Part shown: positions 1 through 15,000 of the stretch, one piece after another
How the letters are laid out: each line of letters opens with the position of its first letter
Numbering within the stretch: position 1 is the stretch's first letter
From: Eledone cirrhosa
Lineage: Eukaryota
Assembly (NCBI GenBank): GCA_964016885.1
Contig: OZ024745.1
Span: 1,612,001 to 1,676,000 of the forward strand
DNA length: 64,000 bases
Direction: 5' to 3'
Translations under genes and position numbers: made by a program
Notes under the pieces: generated by a model
What the model was told of the DNA's origin: nothing
The model's input: only the letters and a program-made list of their open reading frames with translations
The model's database searches: none

Positions 1-3000
1 GACACTATGGCAGCTACCAGTATAGATGACTGTTGACACTATGTCAGCTACCAGTATATATGACTGTTGACACTATGGCAGCTACCAGTATATATGACTG
101 TTGACACTATGGCAGCTACCAGTATATATGACTCTTGACACTATGGCAGCTACCAGTATATATGACTCTTGACACTATGGCAGCTACCAGTATAGATGAC
201 TGTTGACACTATGGCAGCTACCAGTATAGATGACTGTTGACACTATGGCAGCTACCAGTATATATGACTGTTGACACTATGGCAGCTACCAGTATATATG
301 ACTGTTGACACTATGGCAGCTACCAGTATATATGACTGTTGACACTATGGCAGCTACCAGTATATATGTCTGTTGACACTATGTCAGCTACCAGTATGTA
401 TGACTGTTGACACTATGGCAGCTACCAGTATATATGACTGTTGACACTATGGCAGCTACCTGTATAGATGACTGTTGACACTATGGCAACTAACAGTATA
501 TATGACTGTTAACACTATGGCAGCTACCAGTATATATAACTGTTAACACTATGGCAGCTACCAGTATATATGACTATTGACACTATGGCAGCTACCAGTA
601 TATATGTCTGTTGACACTATGGCAGCTACCAGTATAGATGACTGTTGACACTATGGCAGCTACCAGTATATATAACTGTTGACACTATGGCAGCTACCAG
701 TATAGATGACTGTTGACACAATGGTAGCTACCAGTATATATGACTGTTGACACTATGGCAGCTACCAGTATATATGTCTGTTGACACTATGGCAGCTACC
801 AGTATAGATGACTGTTGACACAATGGTAGCTACCAGTATATATGACTGTTGACACTATGGCAGCTACCAGTATGTATGACTGTTGACACTATGGCAGCTA
901 CCAGTATATATGTCTCTTGACACTATGGCAGCTACCAGTATATATGACTGTTGACACTATGGCAGCTACCAGTATATATGACTGTTGACACTATGGCAGC
1001 TACCAGTATAGATGACTGTTGACACAATGGTAGCTACCAGTATATATGACTGTTGACACTATGGCAGCTACCAGTATGTATGACTGTTGACACTATGGCA
1101 GCTACCAGTATATATGTCTCTTGACACTATGGCAGCTACCAGTATATATGACTGTTGACACTCTGGCAGCTACCAGTATATATGACTGTTGACACTATGG
1201 CAGCTACCAGTATATATGACTGTTGACACTATGGCAGCTACCAGTATATATGACTCTTGACACTATGGCAGCTACCAGTATAGATTACTCTTGACACTAT
1301 GGCAGCTACCAGTATATATGACTCTTGACACTATGGCAGCTACCAGTATAGATTACTCTTGACACTATGGCAGCTACCAGTATATATGACTGTTGACACT
1401 ATGGCAGCTACCAGTATGTATGACTCTTGACAGTATGGCAGCTACCAGTATATATGACTGTTGACACTATGGTAGCTACCAGTATAAATTACTCTTGACA
1501 CTATGGCAGCTACCAGTATATATGACTGTTGACACTATGGTAGCTACCAGTATAGATTACTCTTGACACTATGGCCGCTACCAGTATATATGACTGTTGA
1601 CATTATGGCAGCTACCAGTATATATGACTGTTGACACTATGGCAGCTACCAGTATATATGACTGTTGACACTATGGCAGCTACCAGTATATATGACTGTT
1701 GACACTATGGCAGCTACCAGTATAGATGACTGTTGACAATATGGCAGCTACCAGTATATATGACTGTTGACACTATGGCAGCTACCAGTATATATGACTG
1801 TTGACACTCTGGCAGCTACCAGTATATATGACTGTTGACACTATGGCAGCTACCAGTATATATGACTGTTGACACTATGGCAGCTACCAGTATATATGAC
1901 TGTTGACACTCTGGCAGCTACCAGTATATATGACTGTTGACACTATGGCAGCTACCAGTATATATGACTGTTGACACTATGGCAGCTACCAGTATAGATG
2001 ACTGTTGACACTATGGCAGCTACCAGTATATATGTCTGTTGACACTATGGCAGCTACCAGTATAGATGACTGTTGACACAATGGTAGCTACCAGTATATA
2101 TGACTGTTGACACTATGGCAGCTACCAGTATGTATGACTGTTGACACTATGGCAGCTACCAGTATATATGTCTCTTGACACTATGGCAGCTACCAGTATA
2201 TATGACTGTTGACACTATGGCAGCTACCAGTATATATGACTGTTGACACTATGGCAGCTACCAGTATAGATGACTGTTGACACAATGGTAGCTACCAGTA
2301 TATATGACTGTTGACACTATGGCAGCTACCAGTATGTATGACTGTTGACACTATGGCAGCTACCAGTATATATGTCTCTTGACACTATGGCAGCTACCAG
2401 TATATATGACTGTTGACACTCTGGCAGCTACCAGTATATATGACTGTTGACACTATGGCAGCTACCAGTATATATGACTGTTGACACTATGGCAGCTACC
2501 AGTATATATGACTCTTGACACTATGGCAGCTACCAGTATAGATTACTCTTGACACTATGGCAGCTACCAGTATATATGACTCTTGACACTATGGCAGCTA
2601 CCAGTATAGATTACTCTTGACACTATGGCAGCTACCAGTATATATGACTGTTGACACTATGGCAGCTACCAGTATGTATGACTCTTGACAGTATGGCAGC
2701 TACCAGTATATATGACTGTTGACACTATGGTAGCTACCAGTATAAATTACTCTTGACACTATGGCAGCTACCAGTATATATGACTGTTGACACTATGGTA
2801 GCTACCAGTATAGATTACTCTTGACACTATGGCCGCTACCAGTATATATGACTGTTGACATTATGGCAGCTACCAGTATATATGACTGTTGACACTATGG
2901 CAGCTACCAGTATATATGACTGTTGACACTATGGCAGCTACCAGTATATATGACTGTTGACACTATGGCAGCTACCAGTATATATGACTGTTGACACTAT

Positions 3001-6000
3001 GGCAGCTACCAGTATATATGACTGTTGACACTATGGCAGCTACCAGTATAGATGACTGTTGACAGTATGGCAGCTACCAGTATATATGACTGTTGACACT
3101 ATGGCAGCTACCAGTATAGATGACTGTTGACAATATGGCAGCTACCAGTATATATGACTGTTGACACTATGGCAGCTACCAGTATATATGACTGTTGACA
3201 CTCTGGCAGCTACCAGTATATATGACTGTTGACACTATGGCAGCTACCAGTATATATGACTGTTGACACTATGGCAGCTACCAGTATATATGACTGTTGA
3301 CACTCTGGCAGCTACCAGTATATATGACTGTTGACACTATGGCAGCTACCAGTATGTATGACTGTTGACACTATGGCAGCTACCAGTATAGATGACTGTT
3401 GACACTATGGTAGCTACCAGTATATATGACTGTTGACACTATGGCAACTAACAGTATATATGACTGTTAAGACTTTGGCAGCTACCAGTATAGATGACTG
3501 TTGACACTATGGCAGCTACCAGTATATATGACTGTTGACACTATGGCAGCTACCAGTATAGATGACTGTTGACACTATGGCAGCTACCAGTATGTATGAC
3601 TGTTGACACAATGGTAGCTACCAGTATATATGACTGTTGACATTATGGCAGCTACCAGTATGTATGACTGTTGACACTATGGCAGCTACCAGTATAGATG
3701 ACTGTTAACACAATGGTAGCTACCAGTATATATGACTGTTGACACTATGGCAGCTACCAGTATATATGACTGTTGACACTATGGCAGCTACCTGTATAGA
3801 TGACTGTTGACACTATGGCAGCTACCAGTATATATGACTGTTGACACTATGGCAGCTACCAGTATATATGTCTGTTGACACTATGGCAGCTACCAGTATA
3901 GATGACTGTTGACACAATGGTAGCTACCAGTATATATGACTGTTGACACTATGGCAGCTACCAGTATGTATGACTGTTGACACTATGGCAGCTACCAGTA
4001 TATATGTCTCTTGACACTATGGCAGCTACCAGTATATATGACTGTTGACACAATGGTAGCTACCAGTATATATGACTCTTGACACTATGGCAGCTACCAG
4101 TATATATGACTGTTGACACTATGGCAGCTACCAGTATATATGACTGTTGACACTATGGCAGCTACCAGTATATATGACTGTTGACACTATGGCAGCTACC
4201 AGTATAGATGACTGTTGACACTATGTCAGCTACCAGTATATATGACTGTTGACACTATGGCAGCTACCAGTATATATGACTGTTGACACTATGGCAGCTA
4301 CCAGTATATATGACTCTTGACACTATGGCAGCTACCAGTATATATGACTCTTGACACTATGGCAGCTACCAGTATAGATGACTGTTGACACTATGGCAGC
4401 TACCAGTATAGATGACTGTTGACACTATGGCAGCTACCAGTATATATGACTGTTGACACTATGGCAGCTACCAGTATATATGACTGTTGACACTATGGCA
4501 GCTACCAGTATATATGACTGTTGACACTATGGCAGCTACCAGTATATATGTCTGTTGACACTATGTCAGCTACCAGTATGTATGACTGTTGACACTATGG
4601 CAGCTACCAGTATATATGACTGTTGACACTATGGCAGCTACCTGTATAGATGACTGTTGACACTATGGCAACTAACAGTATATATGACTGTTAACACTAT
4701 GGCAGCTACCAGTATATATAACTGTTAACACTATGGCAGCTACCAGTATATATGACTATTGACACTATGGCAGCTACCAGTATATATGTCTGTTGACACT
4801 ATGGCAGCTACCAGTATAGATGACTGTTGACACTATGGCAGCTACCAGTATATATAACTGTTGACACTATGGCAGCTACCAGTATAGATGACTGTTGACA
4901 CAATGGTAGCTACCAGTATATATGACTGTTGACACTATGGCAGCTACCAGTATATATGTCTGTTGACACTATGGCAGCTACCAGTATAGATGACTGTTGA
5001 CACAATGGTAGCTACCAGTATATATGACTGTTGACACTATGGCAGCTACCAGTATGTATGACTGTTGACACTATGGCAGCTACCAGTATATATGTCTCTT
5101 GACACTATGGCAGCTACCAGTATATATGACTGTTGACACTATGGCAGCTACCAGTATATATGACTGTTGACACTATGGCAGCTACCAGTATAGATGACTG
5201 TTGACACAATGGTAGCTACCAGTATATATGACTGTTGACACTATGGCAGCTACCAGTATGTATGACTGTTGACACTATGGCAGCTACCAGTATATATGTC
5301 TCTTGACACTATGGCAGCTACCAGTATATATGACTGTTGACACTCTGGCAGCTACCAGTATATATGACTGTTGACACTATGGCAGCTACCAGTATATATG
5401 ACTGTTGACACTATGGCAGCTACCAGTATATATGACTCTTGACACTATGGCAGCTACCAGTATAGATTACTCTTGACACTATGGCAGCTACCAGTATATA
5501 TGACTCTTGACACTATGGCAGCTACCAGTATAGATTACTCTTGACACTATGGCAGCTACCAGTATATATGACTGTTGACACTATGGCAGCTACCAGTATG
5601 TATGACTCTTGACAGTATGGCAGCTACCAGTATATATGACTGTTGACACTATGGTAGCTACCAGTATAAATTACTCTTGACACTATGGCAGCTACCAGTA
5701 TATATGACTGTTGACACTATGGTAGCTACCAGTATAGATTACTCTTGACACTATGGCCGCTACCAGTATATATGACTGTTGACATTATGGCAGCTACCAG
5801 TATATATGACTGTTGACACTATGGCAGCTACCAGTATATATGACTGTTGACACTATGGCAGCTACCAGTATATATGACTGTTGACACTATGGCAGCTACC
5901 AGTATAGATGACTGTTGACAATATGGCAGCTACCAGTATATATGACTGTTGACACTATGGCAGCTACCAGTATATATGACTGTTGACACTCTGGCAGCTA

Positions 6001-9000
6001 CCAGTATATATGACTGTTGACACTATGGCAGCTACCAGTATATATGACTGTTGACACTATGGCAGCTACCAGTATATATGACTGTTGACACTCTGGCAGC
6101 TACCAGTATATATGACTGTTGACACTATGGCAGCTACCAGTATATATGACTGTTGACACTATGGCAGCTACCAGTATAGATGACTGTTGACACTATGGCA
6201 GCTACCAGTATATATGTCTGTTGACACTATGGCAGCTACCAGTATAGATGACTGTTGACACAATGGTAGCTACCAGTATATATGACTGTTGACACTATGG
6301 CAGCTACCAGTATGTATGACTGTTGACACTATGGCAGCTACCAGTATATATGTCTCTTGACACTATGGCAGCTACCAGTATATATGACTGTTGACACTAT
6401 GGCAGCTACCAGTATATATGACTGTTGACACTATGGCAGCTACCAGTATAGATGACTGTTGACACAATGGTAGCTACCAGTATATATGACTGTTGACACT
6501 ATGGCAGCTACCAGTATGTATGACTGTTGACACTATGGCAGCTACCAGTATATATGTCTCTTGACACTATGGCAGCTACCAGTATATATGACTGTTGACA
6601 CTCTGGCAGCTACCAGTATATATGACTGTTGACACTATGGCAGCTACCAGTATATATGACTGTTGACACTATGGCAGCTACCAGTATATATGACTCTTGA
6701 CACTATGGCAGCTACCAGTATAGATTACTCTTGACACTATGGCAGCTACCAGTATATATGACTCTTGACACTATGGCAGCTACCAGTATAGATTACTCTT
6801 GACACTATGGCAGCTACCAGTATATATGACTGTTGACACTATGGCAGCTACCAGTATGTATGACTCTTGACAGTATGGCAGCTACCAGTATATATGACTG
6901 TTGACACTATGGTAGCTACCAGTATAAATTACTCTTGACACTATGGCAGCTACCAGTATATATGACTGTTGACACTATGGTAGCTACCAGTATAGATTAC
7001 TCTTGACACTATGGCCGCTACCAGTATATATGACTGTTGACATTATGGCAGCTACCAGTATATATGACTGTTGACACTATGGCAGCTACCAGTATATATG
7101 ACTGTTGACACTATGGCAGCTACCAGTATATATGACTGTTGACACTATGGCAGCTACCAGTATATATGACTGTTGACACTATGGCAGCTACCAGTATATA
7201 TGACTGTTGACACTATGGCAGCTACCAGTATAGATGACTGTTGACAGTATGGCAGCTACCAGTATATATGACTGTTGACACTATGGCAGCTACCAGTATA
7301 GATGACTGTTGACAATATGGCAGCTACCAGTATATATGACTGTTGACACTATGGCAGCTACCAGTATATATGACTGTTGACACTCTGGCAGCTACCAGTA
7401 TATATGACTGTTGACACTATGGCAGCTACCAGTATATATGACTGTTGACACTATGGCAGCTACCAGTATATATGACTGTTGACACTCTGGCAGCTACCAG
7501 TATATATGACTGTTGACACTATGGCAGCTACCAGTATATATGACTGTTGACACTATGGCAGCTACCAGTATAGATGACTGTTGACACTATGGCAGCTACC
7601 AGTATATATGACTCTTGACAGTATGGCAGCTACCAGTATATATGACTGTTGACACTATGGCAGCTACCAGTATATATGACTGTTGACACTATGGCAGCTA
7701 CCAGTATGTATGACTGTTGACACTATGGCAGCTACCTGTATATATGTCTGTTGACACTATGGCAGCTACCAGTATATATGACTGTTGACACTATGGCAGC
7801 TACCAGTATATATGACTGTTGACATTATGGCAGCTACCAGTATGTATGACTGTTGACACTATGGCAGCTACCAGTATGTATGACTGTTGACACTATGGTA
7901 GCTACCAGTATATATGACTGTTGACACTATGGTAGCTACCAGTATATATGACTGTTGACACTATGGCAGCTACCAGTATATATGACTGTTGACACCCTGG
8001 CAGCTACCTGTATATATGTCTGTTGACACTATGGCAGCTACCAGTATGTATGACTGTTGACACTATGGCAGCTACCAGTATGTATGACTGTTGACACTAT
8101 GGCAGCTACCTGTATAGATGACTGTTGACACTTTGGCAGCTACCAGTATGTATGACTGTTGACACTATGGCAGCTACCAGTATATATGACTGTTGACACT
8201 ATGGCAGCTACCAGTATATATGACTGTTGACACTATGGCAGCTACCAGTATATATGACTGTTGACACTATGGCAGCTACCAGTATATATGACTGTTGACA
8301 CGATGGCAGCTACCAGTATATATGACTGTTGACACTATGGCAGCTACCAGTATAGATGACTGTTGACACTATGGCAGCTACCAGTATATATGACTGTTGA
8401 CACTATGGCAGCTACCAGTATAGATGACTGTTGACACTATAGCAGCTACCAGTATATATGACTGTTGACACTATGGCAGCTACCAGTATATATGACTGTT
8501 GACACGATGGCAGCTACCAGTATAGATGACTGTTGACACTATGGCAGCTACCAGTATAGATGACTGTTGACACTATGGCAGCTACCACTATAGATGACTG
8601 TTGACACTATGGCAGCTACCAGTATAGATGACTGTTGACACTATGGCAGCTACCAGTATAGATGACTGTTGACACTATGGCAGCTACCAGTATATATGTC
8701 TGTTGAAACTATGTCAGCTACCAGTATGTATGACTCTTGACACTATGGTAGCTACCAGTATATATGACTGATGACACTATGGCAGCTACCAGTATAGATG
8801 ACTGTTGACACTATGGTAGCTACCAGTATGTATGACTGTTGACACTATGGCAGCTACCAGTATATATGTCTGTTGAAACTATGTCAGCTACCAGTATGTA
8901 TGACTCTTGACACTATGGTAGCTACCAGTATATATGACTGTTGACACTATGGCAGCTACCAGTATAGATGACTGTTGACACAATGGCAGCTACCAGTATG

Positions 9001-12000
9001 TATGACTGTTGACACTATGGCAGCTACCAGTATAGATGACTGTTGACACTATGGTAGCTACCAGTATATATGACTGTTGACACTATGGCAACTAACAGTA
9101 TATATGACTGTTAAGACTTTGGCAGCTACCAGTATAGATGACTGTTGACACTATGGCAGCTACCAGTATATATGACTGTTGACACTATGGCAGCTACCAG
9201 TATAGATGACTGTTGACACTATGGCAGCTACCAGTATAGATGACTGTTGACACTATGGCAGCTACCAGTATGTATGACTGTTGACACAATGGTAGCTACC
9301 AGTATATATGACTGTTGACATTATGGCAGCTACCAGTATAGATGACTGTTGACACAATGGTAGCTACCAGTATAGATGACTGTTGACACAATGGTAGCTA
9401 CCAGTATATATGACTGTTGACACTATGGCAGCTACCAGTATGTATGACTGTTGACACTATGGTAGCTACCAGTATAGATGACTGTTGACACAATGGTAGC
9501 TACCAGTATATATGACTGTTGACATTATGGCAGCTACCAGTATAGATGACTGTTGACACAATGGTAGCTACCAGTATAGATGACTGTTGACACAATGGTA
9601 GCTACCAGTATATATGACTGTTGACACTATGGCAGCTACCAGTATGTATGACTGTTGACACTATGGCAGCTACCAGTATAGATGACTGTTGACACAATGG
9701 TAGCTACCAGTATATATGACTGTTGACACTATGGCAGCTACCAGTATATATGTCTGTTGACACTATGGCAGCTACCAGTATAGATGACTGTTGACACAAT
9801 GGTAGCTACCAGTATATATGACTGTTGACACTATGGCAGCTACCAGTATGTATGACTGTTGACACTATGGTAGCTACCAGTATAGATGACTGTTGACACA
9901 ATGGTAGCTACCAGTATATATGACTGTTGACACTATGGTAGCTACCAGTATAGATGACTGTTGACACAATGGTAGCTACCAGTATATATGACTGTTGACA
10001 CTATGGCAGCTACCAGTATATATGTCTCTTGACACTATGGCAGCTACCAGTATATATGACTGTTGACACAATGGTAGCTACCAGTATATATGACTCTTGA
10101 CACTATGGCAGCTACCAGTATATATGACTGTTGACACTATGGCAGCTACCAGTATATATGACTGTTGAGACTATGGCAGCTACCAGTATATATGACTGTT
10201 GACACTATGGCAGCTACCAGTATAGATGACTGTTGACACTATGGCAGCTACCAGTATATATGACTGTTGACACTATGGCAGCTACCAGTATATATGACTG
10301 TTGACACTATGGCAGCTACCAGTATAGATGACTGTTGACACTATGGCAGCTACCAGTATAGATGACTGTTGACACTATGTCAGCTAACAGTATGTATGAC
10401 TGTTGACACTATGGCAGCTACCAGTATGTATGACTCTTGACACTATGGCAGCTACCAGTATGTATGACTCTTGACACTATGGCAGCTACCAATATAGATG
10501 ACTGTTGACACTATGGCAGCTACCAGTATATATGACTGTTGACACTATGGCAGATACCAGTATATATGACTCTTGACACTATGGCAGCTACCAGTATATA
10601 TGACTCTTGACACTATGGCAGCTACCAGTATATATGACTCTTGACACTATGGCAGCTACCAGTATATATGACTCTTGACACTATGGCAGCTACCAGTATA
10701 TATGACTCTTGACACTATGGCAGCTACCAGTATATATGACTCTTGACACTATGGCAGCTACCAGTATAGATGACTGTTGACACTATGGCAGCTACCAGTA
10801 TAGATGACTGTTGACACTATGGCAGCTACCAGTATATATGACTGTTGACACTATGGCAGCTACCAGTATATATGACTGTTGACACTATGGCAGCTACCAG
10901 TATATATGTCTGTTGACACTATGTCAGCTACCAGTATGTATGACTGTTGACACTATGGCAGCTACCAGTATATATGACTGTTGACACTATGGCAGCTACC
11001 TGTATAGATGACTGTTGACACTATGGCAACTAACAGTATATATGACTGTTAACACTTTGGCAGCTACCAGTATATATGACTATTGACACTATGGCAGCTA
11101 CCAGTATATATGTCTGTTGACACTATGGCAGCTACCAGTATAGATGACTGTTGACACTATGGCAGCTACCAGTATATATAACTGTTGACACTATGGCAGC
11201 TACCAGTATAGATGACTGTTGACACAATGGTAGCTACAAGTATATATGACTGTTGACACTATGGCAGCTACCAGTATATATGTCTGTTGACACTATGGCA
11301 GCTACCAGTATAGATGACTGTTGACACAATGGTAGCTACCAGTATATATGACTGTTGACACTATGGCAGCTACCAGTATGTATGACTGTTGACACTATGG
11401 CAGCTACCAGTATATATGTCTCTTGACACTATGGCAGCTACCAGTATATATGACTGTTGACACTATGGCAGCTACCAGTATATATGACTGTTGACACTAT
11501 GGCAGCTACCAGTATAGATGACTGTTGACACAATGGTAGCTACCAGTATATATGACTGTTGACACTATGGCAGCTACCAGTATGTATGACTGTTGACACT
11601 ATGGCAGCTACCAGTATATATGTCTCTTGACACTATGGCAGCTACCAGTATATATGACTGTTGACACTCTGGCAGCTACCAGTATATATGACTGTTGACA
11701 CTATGGCAGCTACCAGTATATATGACTGTTGACACTATGGCAGCTACCAGTATAGATTACTCTTGACACTATGGCAGCTACCAGTATATATGACTCTTGA
11801 CACTATGGCAGCTACCAGTATAGATTACTCTTGACACTATGGCAGCTACCAGTATATATGACTGTTGACACTATGGCAGCTACCAGTATGTATGACTCTT
11901 GACAGTATGGCAGCTACCAGTATATATGACTGTTGACACTATGGTAGCTACCAGTATAAATTACTCTTGACACTATGGCAGCTACCAGTATATATGACTG

Positions 12001-15000
12001 TTGACACTATGGTAGCTACCAGTATAGATTACTCTTGACACTATGGCCGCTACCAGTATATATGACTGTTGACATTATGGCAGCTACCAGTATATATGAC
12101 TGTTGACACTATGGCAGCTACCAGTATATATGACTGTTGACACTATGGCAGCTACCAGTATATATGACTGTTGACACTATGGCAGCTACCAGTATATATG
12201 ACTGTTGACACTATGGCAGCTACCAGTATATATGACTGTTGACACTATGGCAGCTACCAGTATAGATGACTGTTGACAGTATGGCAGCTACCAGTATATA
12301 TGACTGTTGACACTATGGCAGCTACCAGTATAGATGACTGTTGACAATATGGCAGCTACCAGTATATATGACTGTTGACACTATGGCAGCTACCAGTATA
12401 TATGACTGTTGACACTCTGGCAGCTACCAGTATATATGACTGTTGACACTATGGCAGCTACCAGTATATATGACTGTTGACACTATGGCAGCTACCAGTA
12501 TATATGACTGTTGACACTCTGGCAGCTACCAGTATATATGACTGTTGACACTATGGCAGCTACCAGTATATATGACTGTTGACACTATGGCAGCTACCAG
12601 TATAGATGACTGTTGACACTATGGCAGCTACCAGTATATATGACTCTTGACAGTATGGCAGCTACCAGTATATATGACTGTTGACACTATGGCAGCTACC
12701 AGTATATATGACTGTTGACACTATGGTAGCTACCAGTATAGATTACTCTTGACACTATGGCAGCTACCAGTATATATGACTGTTGACACTATGGTAGCTA
12801 CCAGTATAGATTACTCTTGACACTATGGCCGCTACCAGTATAGTTGACTGTTGAAACTATGGCAGCTACCAGTATATATGACTGTTGACACTATGGCAGC
12901 TACCAGTATATATGACTGTTGACACTATGGCAGCTACCAGTATATATGACTGTTGACACTATGGCAGCTACCAGTATATATGACTGTTGACACTATGGCA
13001 GCTACCAGTATAGATGACTGTTGACAGTATGGCAGCTACCAGTATATATGACTGTTGACACTATGGCAGCTACCAGTATAGATGACTGTTGACAATATGG
13101 CAGCTACCAGTATATATGACTGTTGACACTATGGCAGCTACCAGTATAGATGACTGTTGACAATATGGCAGCTACCAGTATATATGACTGTTGACACTAT
13201 GGCAGCTACCAGTATATATGACTGTTGACACTATGGCAGCTACCAGTATATATGACTGTTGACACTATGGCAGCTACCAGTATATATGACTGTTGACACT
13301 CTGGCAGCTACCAGTATATATGACTGTTGACACTATGGCAGCTACCAGTATATATGACTGTTGACACTCTGGCAGCTACCAGTATATATGACTGTTGACA
13401 CTATGGCAGCTACCAGTATATATGACTGTTGACACTATGGCAGCTACCAGTATATATGACTGTTGACACTCTGGCAGCTACCAGTATATATGACTGTTGA
13501 CACTATGGCAGCTACCAGTATATATGACTGTTGCAACTATGGCAGCTACCAGTATAGATGACTGTTGACACTATGGCAGCTACCAGTATATATGACTCTT
13601 GACAGTATGGCAGCTACCAGTATATATGACTGTTGACACTATGGCAGCTACCAGTATATATGTCTGTTGACACTATGGCAGCTACCAGTATAGATGACTG
13701 TTGACACTATGGCAGCTACCAGTATAGATGACTGTTGACACTATGGCAGCTACCAGTATATATGACTGTTGACACTATGGCAGCTACCAGTATATATGAC
13801 TGTTGACACTATGGCAGCTACCAGTATAGATGACTCTTGACACTATGGCAGCTACCTGTATATATGACTGTTGACACTATGGCAGCTACCAGTATGTATG
13901 ACTGTTGACACTATAGCAGCTACCAGTATATATGACTGTTGACACTATGGCAGCTACCAGTATATATGACTGTTGACACTATGGCAGCTACCAGTATAGA
14001 TGACTCTTGACACTATGGCAGCTACCTGTATATATGACTGTTGACACTATGGCAGCTACCAATATGTATGACTGTTGACACTATAGCAGCTACCAGTATA
14101 TATGACTGTTGACACTATGGCAGCTACCAGTATATATGTCTGTTGACACTATGGCAGCTACCAGTATATATGACTGTTGACACTATGGCAGCTACCAGTA
14201 TATATGACTGTTGACATTATGGCAGCTACCAGTATATATGACTATTGACACTATGGCAGCTACCAGTAGATATGACTGTTGACACTATGGCAGCTACCAG
14301 TATATATGACTGTTGACACTATGGCAGCTACCAGTATGTATGACTCTTGACATTATGGCAGCTACCAGTATATATGACTATTGACACTATGGCAGCTACC
14401 AGTATATATGACTGTTGACACTATGGCAGCTACCAGTATGTATGACTCTTGACATTATGGCAGCTACCAGTATGTATGACTCCTGACACTATGGCAGCTA
14501 CCAGTATATATGACTGTTGACACTATGGCAGCTACCAGTATATATAACTGTTGACATTATGGCAGCTACCAGTATATATGACTCTTGACACTATGGCAGC
14601 TACCAGTATGTATGACTCTTGACATTATGGCAGCTACCAGTATATATAACTGTTGACACTATGGCAGCTACCAGTATATATGACTGTTGACACTATGGCA
14701 GCTACCAGTATGTATGACTCTTGACATTATGGCAGCTACCAGTATAGATGACTGTTGACACTATGGCAGCTACCAGTATAGATGACTGTTGACACTATGG
14801 CAGCTACCAGTATATATGACTGTTGACACTATGGCAGCAACCAGTATAGATGACTCTTGACACTATGGCAGCTACCAGTATAGATGACTCTTGACACTAT
14901 GGCAGCTACCAGTATATATGACTATTGACACTATGGCAGCTACCAGTATATATGACTGTTGACACTATGGCAGCTACCAGTATATATGACTGTTGACACT

